Positions 57,282 through 64,000 of a DNA stretch of 64,000 nt are shown here, one piece after another (position 1 is the stretch's first letter; every line of letters begins with the position of its first letter). Source of the DNA: a virus; IMG/VR virus record IMGVR_UViG_3300010399_000036, positions 17,119 through 81,118 of that record. One strand, 5' to 3'. The notes beneath the pieces are model-generated. The model ran no database searches. It was not told the origin of the DNA and saw only the letters and a list, made by a program, of their open reading frames with translations. Position numbers and translations under genes: made by a program.

Positions 57282-57629
57282 TTGAAGGAAAAATTACCCG
57301 CTGTTCTTTGGTACGCGAGCGATTGGCTGGGCAGTAACACGCGAGCGCGAATGACCTACCAGCAAAGGGACGTTTATCTCACGCTTTTATTTCGCTCCTG
57401 GTACGAAGAACCTGCGGGCACCTTACCAAACATTCCTGAAGAGTTAGCAATGATGGGCGGTATCGACCTTGAAACATGGGAACGAATCAACGGTCCAATT
57501 ATAGCGAAGTTTCAGAGCGACGGGAATGGCCGTATCTTCAATCCTCGCATGTTGAAAGAGGCGCGGAAGGCTCGCGGCAGACGGGTTGCCGGGGCGACTG
57601 GCGGCAAGCAAAAGGCTAGCAAACAGTGA
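57282..57629 (+). CDS. YdaU/DUF1376-like replication initiator N-terminal domain
   Basis: PA..WYASDWL......MT..QR.VY..LL..SW....GTLP...EELA...IFNPRM..E. Confidence 0.8.
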   Translation: MKEKLPAVLWYASDWLGSNTRARMTYQQRDVYLTLLFRSWYEEPAGTLPNIPEELAMMGGIDLETWERINGPIIAKFQSDGNGRIFNPRMLKEARKARGRRVAGATGGKQKASKQ

Positions 57630-57697
57630 AGCAAAACTCTAGCAAAAGTGTTAGCAAAATCGTAGCAAACCGCTTAGCAAAACTCCGACTTTTGCTA
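57607..57697. repeat. iterons, putative replication origin
   Basis: AGCAAA at 57607, 57618, 57630, 57641, 57653, 57664, 57676 (11/12 bp period) and inverted TTTTGCTA at 57690. Confidence 0.8.
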
Positions 57698-57762
57698 GCC
57701 GTTTTTTCGCTTCACTTAGCTTTGGTTTGGATTAGTTTAAAGATCTCCAAGGGAAATTCTTA

Positions 57763-58668
57763 ATGGGTATTACTTCATACAAAGATCACCCCTTGTCTGA
57801 GCTTCTCCCTTTGATGGAAGACGATCAGATTGAGGATCTAGCAACGGATATTCGACAAAACGGATTACGAGCCCCAATAACTCTCTACGAAAATAAGATC
57901 CTCGATGGGCGCAATCGTTATCGCGCGTGCAAAATCGCGAACGTTGAGCCTAAGGTCCGCCACTTCACCGCTGGCGATGCGGTTGCGTTTATTGTTTCCG
58001 CCAACGTCTTTCGGCGCCACTTGACCTCAAGCCAGCGGGCAATAGTCGCCGCGAAACTCGCCAATCTTTCAAACGGGCAGCACAAAACAAGCTCGGCAAT
58101 ATTGCCGAGCTCAAAACCCATCACACAGATAGAGGCGGCGAAAGAATTAAAAGTTAGCGAAAGATCCGTCAGGACCGCCAGGGAGGTGCTACGCGACGCG
58201 CCGACGAAAGAGGTAGAAGCAATTGAGCGCGGAGAAAAAACAATAGCAACGGTGGCGAGAGAAACCAAAGCCAAGACAACTAAACCACGGGTCGAGGTTG
58301 AGCAGGAAAAGCATCTCGACAAGACCGGCTACGTTATTCCCGACTCAATCCTCGAAGACTGGCAAACCGCTGAATCCTTTCGATCAACGCTCTCCGAGCT
58401 GCAACGAATCAAGCTCCTGGTTGAGAAGGCAATTGATAATCGCGAATTGATCTATCGGGAGGTAGGGCAGGACACAGTTGCGGATCTTAAGAACGCATGG
58501 ACTGCCTTGAAACAGGTATTGCCCTATGCGGTCTGTCCGACGTGTCAGGGCCGTACCCGTTCAAAGTGTTCCGTTTGTAAGCAACGAGGGTTTGTTAGCG
58601 AGTTTGGATACACACACTGGTTTGCAAAAGAAGTTATTGAGTTGAGGGAAAAGGCGATTAAGAGATGA
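57763..58668 (+). CDS. ParB/Srx-like N-terminal domain protein with HTH and C-terminal Zn finger
   Basis: HPL..LLPLM...DI..NGL..PI.LY..KILDGRNRYRAC; N..RRHLT.SQRA; CPTC..CSVC. Confidence 0.85.
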   Translation: MGITSYKDHPLSELLPLMEDDQIEDLATDIRQNGLRAPITLYENKILDGRNRYRACKIANVEPKVRHFTAGDAVAFIVSANVFRRHLTSSQRAIVAAKLANLSNGQHKTSSAILPSSKPITQIEAAKELKVSERSVRTAREVLRDAPTKEVEAIERGEKTIATVARETKAKTTKPRVEVEQEKHLDKTGYVIPDSILEDWQTAESFRSTLSELQRIKLLVEKAIDNRELIYREVGQDTVADLKNAWTALKQVLPYAVCPTCQGRTRSKCSVCKQRGFVSEFGYTHWFAKEVIELREKAIKR

Positions 58669-60320
58669 GCACGCTTCGCGATTATCAGCAAGAGGCGGTG
58701 ACAGCCGTTTTCTCGGAATGGCAGGAGCGAAATAGCACTTTAGTTGTGTGCCCAACCGGAACAGGTAAAACGCAAATCTTTTGTGACGTGATCCGAAAAA
58801 TGCAACCAAAACGTGCGATGGTTCTAGCCCACCGGGGAGAACTAATTACACAGGCGGTTAATCGGCTGGCTAATGATTTTAGTATACGCGCCGACATAGA
58901 AATGGCCGATTTCACAGCCGACGAGTTTTATCACAATCGAGCTCCTGTAGTTGTATCAACAATTCAAACTCAATGCGCCGGGAATGGCGGTCACGGACGA
59001 ATGAAGATTTTCGATCCGCAAGACTTTGGGTTAGTAATTTGCGACGAGGCCCACCATTACACAAGCCCTTCATTTCGGAGAGTGCTCGACTACTACAAAC
59101 AGAATCCTGAATTGAAAATCCTCGGAGTAACCGCAACCCCTGATCGCGCAGACGAGCAAGCCCTGGGCCAAGTCTTCGAGAGCGTTGCTTATGACTATGA
59201 AATTCTCGACGCAATACACGATGGCTGGCTTGTTCCGGTAGATCAGAAGATGGTCCATATCGAGGGACTGGACTTTTCCCAAATCCGAACTACGGCAGGC
59301 GATCTGAACGGAGCCGATCTGGCGGCTGTTATGGAGGCCGAAAAGAATCTACAGGGGATCGCGGCGGCGTCTATCGACATTATCGGGGAAGACAAACGAA
59401 CCCTTGTTTTCACCGTCACCGTAAAGCAGGCAGAGATGCTTGCGGAGATCTTTAACCGCCATCGCCCGGGCATGGCGGATTGGATCTGTGGTAAGACGCC
59501 AAAACCCGAGCGTCATCGAATCTTTAAAGACTTCGATACGGGACGGATTCAGGTGTTAGTGAACGTCGGTGTTGCGACGGAAGGGTATGACAATCCAAGG
59601 GTTGAAGTAATTGTCCAGGGTAGACCAACAAAATCCCGCTGTCTCTACGCGCAGATTATCGGCCGCTCATTACGCCCATTGAAAGGAGTTGTTGACGGAA
59701 TCGATGAGGCAGAAGGACGGAAAGAAGCTATTGCTCTCAGTGCCAAACCATCAGCCTTAGTGCTGGACTTCGTAGGCAACGCAGGCAGACACAAATTAAT
59801 GACGACCGCCGACATTCTCGGGGGCAAAGTCAGCGAGCAGGCCATTGCGCGAGCCACTGAAGAGGCAAAGAAATCTGGCAAAGCAATCCGTATGGACCAG
59901 GCGCTTGACGAGGCCGAGCGAGACATTCAGCGGGAAATTGAAGAACGCAGAAGGCGAGAAGCCGCTCGTAAGGCCCATCTAGTCGCGACCGCCCGGTTCA
60001 GCACAAAGACGATCAGCCCGTTCGATGTATTCGAGCTGAAGCCAGCGAAAGAGCGCGGGTGGGATTCTGGAAAACACCTTTCTGAGAAGCAAAGAGCTTG
60101 TCTCATTAAACAGGGAATAGATCCTAGCAAGGTCGGCTACGCACAGGGAAAACAATTGTTAGGGGAGATTTTCAAGCGATGGTCCAATGATCGATGCAGC
60201 TTCAAACAGGCAAAGATCTTGAAGACCAGGGGCTACTCGATAGATGTGTCGAGAGATGAGGCGAAGAAGATTATTGATGAGATAGCGCTGAAAGAGCGCT
60301 GGTCAAGGAGATACGCATGA
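58665..60320 (+). CDS. superfamily 2 DEAH helicase
   Basis: LRDYQ, PTGTGKT, DEAHH, TATP, TEGYDNP, QIIGR. Confidence 0.93.
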   Translation: MSTLRDYQQEAVTAVFSEWQERNSTLVVCPTGTGKTQIFCDVIRKMQPKRAMVLAHRGELITQAVNRLANDFSIRADIEMADFTADEFYHNRAPVVVSTIQTQCAGNGGHGRMKIFDPQDFGLVICDEAHHYTSPSFRRVLDYYKQNPELKILGVTATPDRADEQALGQVFESVAYDYEILDAIHDGWLVPVDQKMVHIEGLDFSQIRTTAGDLNGADLAAVMEAEKNLQGIAAASIDIIGEDKRTLVFTVTVKQAEMLAEIFNRHRPGMADWICGKTPKPERHRIFKDFDTGRIQVLVNVGVATEGYDNPRVEVIVQGRPTKSRCLYAQIIGRSLRPLKGVVDGIDEAEGRKEAIALSAKPSALVLDFVGNAGRHKLMTTADILGGKVSEQAIARATEEAKKSGKAIRMDQALDEAERDIQREIEERRRREAARKAHLVATARFSTKTISPFDVFELKPAKERGWDSGKHLSEKQRACLIKQGIDPSKVGYAQGKQLLGEIFKRWSNDRCSFKQAKILKTRGYSIDVSRDEAKKIIDEIALKERWSRRYA

Positions 60321-61126
60321 GCGACCGCTGGTATCGAGTCAACAAGAAACGCCCTTGTGCGATCTGCCGCCGCCCTGATTGGTGTACCTATACAGAAAAC
60401 GCCGCGTGTTGTATGCGCGTTAAGTCTGAGAAAGAACTACGAAACGGGGGATGGCTGCACCGAACATCAGAACCACTACCGAGAGTCGCTCCGATAAGAA
60501 AGGCTATTGATGTACCGGCTTTGGACGCTGATCGGTTGTGGCGCCGATGGTTTGAACTAACCGACACCAAGGCGCTTGACGAGTTTGGAATGTCGTTAGG
60601 TGTTGACACTGACTGCTTAAAAGCAATTGGCTGCGCGTGGTCTAGTTTCAGCGCTTGGGCGTTTCCCATGTCGGATGCAAACGGAAAAGTAATTGGCATC
60701 AGACTCAGGAATAACGCTGGCGACAAATGGGCTGTCAGGGGTTCAAAGTCAGGGCTATTTATTCCTGCGGATTATTCGCACATGCAAGATGGGGTTTGTT
60801 ACTTGGTGGAAGGGCCAACAGACTTAGCGGCGGCAATGACAATCGGATTAAAAGCAATCGGTAGAGCTGCCTGCTTGGGCCAAGAGCCGATGATCCTTGA
60901 TTACGTGAGACGAAACAGAGTCGAGCGGCTAGTTATCGTAACGGACAACGACGATCCGGGATTACGAGGAGCGGAAAAACTGCAATCAATGCTGCCGATT
61001 CTTAGTTGCGTGTGGGTTCCACCAACAAAGGACATCAGAGAGTTTGTGAATCTTGGAGGGCGATACGCGGCAATGCAGGCATGTTTAAAGGATTTAGTTT
61101 GGACCAGGGCGAGGAGAGCGGCATGA
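60317..61126 (+). CDS. DNA primase (Zn-binding + TOPRIM)
   Basis: PCAIC..PDWC, LVEGPTD, VTDNDDPG, KDIRE. Confidence 0.88.
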   Translation: MSDRWYRVNKKRPCAICRRPDWCTYTENAACCMRVKSEKELRNGGWLHRTSEPLPRVAPIRKAIDVPALDADRLWRRWFELTDTKALDEFGMSLGVDTDCLKAIGCAWSSFSAWAFPMSDANGKVIGIRLRNNAGDKWAVRGSKSGLFIPADYSHMQDGVCYLVEGPTDLAAAMTIGLKAIGRAACLGQEPMILDYVRRNRVERLVIVTDNDDPGLRGAEKLQSMLPILSCVWVPPTKDIREFVNLGGRYAAMQACLKDLVWTRARRAA

Positions 61127-61269
61127 GCACTAAACCAGTACCACAGACAGAAGGGCAATCTAATCCGTGGGCCAAGTATGAACAACGTAAAGCAGAACTG
61201 CCAGAAGATCTGTCGGCGGAAGAATATCAAACTGAATGTAAGCGTATAGGGCAAGACAACTGTTACTAA
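61123..61269 (+). CDS. small hypothetical protein
   Basis: ATGA overlap; WAKYEQRKAEL...SAEEYQ. Confidence 0.5.
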   Translation: MSTKPVPQTEGQSNPWAKYEQRKAELPEDLSAEEYQTECKRIGQDNCY

Positions 61270-61404
61270 CTTTTGAGGATTCATCTGATGCTGCTCGGGT
61301 AGTAGGGCTCCCGCAAATGACAGTTTGGAGAATTAGAAACGGAGCGGTGAAGAAGATCAGGAAGGTCACGGAACAGAAGATTTTGAAGTACGCCGTCTAA
61401 TCCT

Positions 61405-62631
61405 ATGAGTGCTGTAGTTGAACAATCTGAGGCCTCAACCGTTCCATTGAAAGCGCCGTTTCCGTGGTTTGGTGGGAAGTCTCGCGTTGCTGGTTTGGTA
61501 TGGCAGAGGTTCGGAAATGTCCCCAACTACGTTGAACCGTTCGCCGGGTCTCTTGCCGTGCTACTTGGGCGAGAATCTGCGCCTCGAGTGGAAACCGTTA
61601 ACGATATTGATTGCTGGATAGCAAACTTTTGGCGAGCACTGCAATCCGATCCCGAGGGTGTGGCCACATACGCAGACTGGCCCGTCAACGAAGCGGACCT
61701 ACACGCACGGCATTTGTGGCTTGTGAATCAGATCGAATTCCGCGAACGAATGAAAACCGATCCTGATTTCTTCGACGTCAAGATCGCGGGCTGGTGGTGT
61801 TGGGGTATTTGTCAATGGATTGGATCGGGCTGGTGTGCGCAACCGGGATGGCGCGGCCGCACGAATGCGGGGAGAGCAGCTCGAGGGATCCTTTCGGACA
61901 CACCAACAAGAAAGCGGCCGCTACTCGGCGGCCATTCTGGTTTTCACGGGGTTCACAACACAAGCGTATTTGAGGCGAGGCTTCACCGCAAAATGCCTGA
62001 CATGAAAAGTGACAGAGGGCTTATCTCGAGCGTAAACGCAAAGAGGCCTCGCCTTGGACGCGGACAAGGGCGCGGCGTCTCGAGACAGATACCACAGCTA
62101 AAAGGGCATGTCAGCAATCCGGGCAGCGGCGTTCATCAGGTCCTCCCAAACGAGGGATTGCTTGATTGGCTTTCAGCTCTTGCCGAAAGACTGCGGCGCG
62201 TTCGTGTTTGCTGTGGCGACTGGTCTCGAGTGCTTGGCCCGAGCGTAACGCACAAGATCGCTCTGACTGGAGTATTCCTTGATCCACCTTATGACATGCG
62301 CGTCGTTAGCGACAAAGCAGAGACAGGCAGGGACGGCGCCGCACCAAGCGATAAGCTTTACGAAAATCACGACAACGAAATCTCCGCAGCCGTGCGGAAT
62401 TGGGCCATAGAGAACGGGGATAATCCACTGCTCAGAATCGCCGTGTGTGGTTACGAAGGCGAGCATGAATTTCCGTCGACGTGGCAAAAGGTAGCGTGGA
62501 AAGCAAACGGCGGATTCGGCAATCAAAACCGCAACACGAACGGAGCAATTAATGCCACTCGAGAGCGGATCTGGTTTAGCCCACATTGTCTGCGCACTCA
62601 AACACTTTTCGACGGGACAGAGTTCGCATGA
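61405..62631 (+). CDS. DNA adenine methyltransferase (Dam/D12 class)
   Basis: PFPWFGGKS, YVEPFAGS, VNDID, FLDPPY. Confidence 0.9.
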   Translation: MSAVVEQSEASTVPLKAPFPWFGGKSRVAGLVWQRFGNVPNYVEPFAGSLAVLLGRESAPRVETVNDIDCWIANFWRALQSDPEGVATYADWPVNEADLHARHLWLVNQIEFRERMKTDPDFFDVKIAGWWCWGICQWIGSGWCAQPGWRGRTNAGRAARGILSDTPTRKRPLLGGHSGFHGVHNTSVFEARLHRKMPDMKSDRGLISSVNAKRPRLGRGQGRGVSRQIPQLKGHVSNPGSGVHQVLPNEGLLDWLSALAERLRRVRVCCGDWSRVLGPSVTHKIALTGVFLDPPYDMRVVSDKAETGRDGAAPSDKLYENHDNEISAAVRNWAIENGDNPLLRIAVCGYEGEHEFPSTWQKVAWKANGGFGNQNRNTNGAINATRERIWFSPHCLRTQTLFDGTEFA

Positions 62632-62824
62632 ACACACCAGATCTACATCTCGACTCCTACTCTAAAAGAAGAGAGATCAGAGAAGAGCTTCAACGGAAGG
62701 ACGCTCAGGGGGAGAGTTTAGATCCGGCAGTTAAGTGCCGCTGTGATCTCTGCGGAAAATGTTCATTATCGCAAGCGCGAACAACAAGGTAACGATCAGG
62801 GAAATGGAGTGAGGTACAAAAGCG

Positions 62825-63052
62825 ATGGTGAATGAAGAGAATTTTGAGGATCGGCTGAGAGACGCAGAGAGCATCCTGGGATACGTCCGCGACACACACA
62901 AACTTGTATTCAGAATTTATAACCTCGTGCAATCAAATCAAGATTGTTTCCACGCTACGCCGGGCTCGGACAAGTTAGAACTTGCGGTTCTAAAACTAGA
63001 AACCATGGTCGATCAATGGAGGCATGAGAATCCTGAAAGCGAAGTGAGATAG
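62825..63052 (+). CDS. hypothetical protein
   Basis: GAGG RBS; ORF in chain. Confidence 0.55.
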   Translation: MVNEENFEDRLRDAESILGYVRDTHKLVFRIYNLVQSNQDCFHATPGSDKLELAVLKLETMVDQWRHENPESEVR

Positions 63053-63055
63053 AGA

Positions 63056-64000
63056 ATGGGAACCGGAATTCAATGGACTGATGAAGTGTGGAATTGCGTG
63101 CGCGGCTGTTCGCGCGTGTCTGCCGGATGCGGCGATTCGACTGGCGGCGGATGCTATGCAGAGCGCCAAGCGTATCGATTCAGCGGGCCGGGAATGCCAT
63201 ACGAGGGCTTGGTGAGAATGACATCAAAAGGCCCACGATGGACCGGCAAGGTTGTTCTTGTCGAAGAAAAGCTTAACGATCCGCTGCATTGGAAAAAGCC
63301 GCGCCGCATCTTCGTCAACTCGATGTCGGATCTGTTCCACGAGTCACTTAGCTTCGGTCAAATCTTCCGCGTGTTGATGGTTATGCAGCAGTGCCCGCAG
63401 CATGAGTTCCAAGTGCTCACAAAACGACCCGCTCGTATGAAAGAATTCTTCGAGTGGTTAACTATCTGGGGCATTCCAACCGCGTTGGCAATGGGCTTTT
63501 CTGAGTATTACGAGTGGCCGTATCCAAACGTCTGGCTCGGCATCAGTTGCGAAGATCAAAACTCATTTGACGAACGCTGGCCGTACCTCCGCGACACTCC
63601 CACATGGACACGCTGGCTCAGCCTGGAACCGCTATTAGGACCAATCAACGCGCGTTCGGCTCTAATTGAAGATCACTACTACTGCGACGTGAGTGTTGAC
63701 CCTGATGATCCAACACCAGCGCATCGCTGTTCGCCGCCTGCTAATTGGGTTGTCGTTGGCGGTGAGAGCGGCCCAAACGCAAGACCGATGCATCCTGATT
63801 GGGCGCGTTCACTTCGGGATCAGTGTGTAAGTGCGGGCGTTCCGTTCTTCTTCAAACAATGGGGAGAGTGGGCGCCTGTGATTCGAAACGGAGTGACGTA
63901 CTCGGAAGGGGCCGGTACACACGGCGCGTACTTTGAGGACGGTAAATGGGTGACATTCAGACGCGGTGCCGCGCACGGAGAAGTATTCAGGCTTGGCAAG
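63056..64000 (+). CDS. phage Gp37/Gp68 (DUF5131) protein, 3' end outside window (absent from ORF track)
   Basis: IQWTD..WN...GC..VS.GC...CYAE, IFVNSMSDLFH, LTKRP, WVVVGGESG..ARPM...W...LRDQC...VPFFFKQWG in one frame. Confidence 0.92.
   Translation, partial: MGTGIQWTDEVWNCVRGCSRVSAGCGDSTGGGCYAERQAYRFSGPGMPYEGLVRMTSKGPRWTGKVVLVEEKLNDPLHWKKPRRIFVNSMSDLFHESLSFGQIFRVLMVMQQCPQHEFQVLTKRPARMKEFFEWLTIWGIPTALAMGFSEYYEWPYPNVWLGISCEDQNSFDERWPYLRDTPTWTRWLSLEPLLGPINARSALIEDHYYCDVSVDPDDPTPAHRCSPPANWVVVGGESGPNARPMHPDWARSLRDQCVSAGVPFFFKQWGEWAPVIRNGVTYSEGAGTHGAYFEDGKWVTFRRGAAHGEVFRLGK

Noticed and set aside
57763-58668. Plasmid-prophage partition system
   Set aside because: ParB-like domain only; no ParA or parS seen, and such domains are common in phage replication/methylase regions
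1-64000. Integrase, endolysin/holin, reverse transcriptase (DGR/retron), tail sheath
   Set aside because: No diagnostic motifs recognised in any ORF; integration and lysis genes probably lie outside the window

Overview
The whole window appears to be one temperate, siphovirus-like tailed phage or prophage; both ends run off the window. Positions 1-34351 are mostly + strand late genes: two large His-repeat fibre proteins and a fibre adaptor, TerS/TerL, HK97-type portal, protease and major capsid, neck and tail tube genes, a tail chaperone with a probable +1 frameshift, a 1395-aa tape measure, distal tail, tail tip and receptor-binding proteins. Small moron cassettes interrupt this block. About 34400-48055 is a leftward operon of roughly 40 small, often Cys/His-rich early genes. 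48080-50661 is a layered regulatory region: twin divergent promoters, an excisionase-type HTH gene, a secreted-peptide gene divergent from a TPR + Fis-HTH regulator, and a cI/cro-like pair. 50933-64000 is a rightward early/replication operon: split DEDDh exonuclease, Sak4-like ATPase, PD-(D/E)XK nuclease, YdaU-like initiator with iterons, ParB-like protein, SF2 helicase, primase, adenine methylase and Gp37/Gp68 protein. The most unusual items are (i) a ~1.6 kb tandem array of self-closed structured RNA modules at 55405-57020, (ii) the peptide/TPR-HTH pair beside the lysis-lysogeny switch, a candidate phage communication system, and (iii) two tRNA-mimic RNAs between portal and protease. No integrase, lysin, reverse transcriptase or CRISPR array was recognised. 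All calls come from reading motifs and base pairing by eye; no searches were run.
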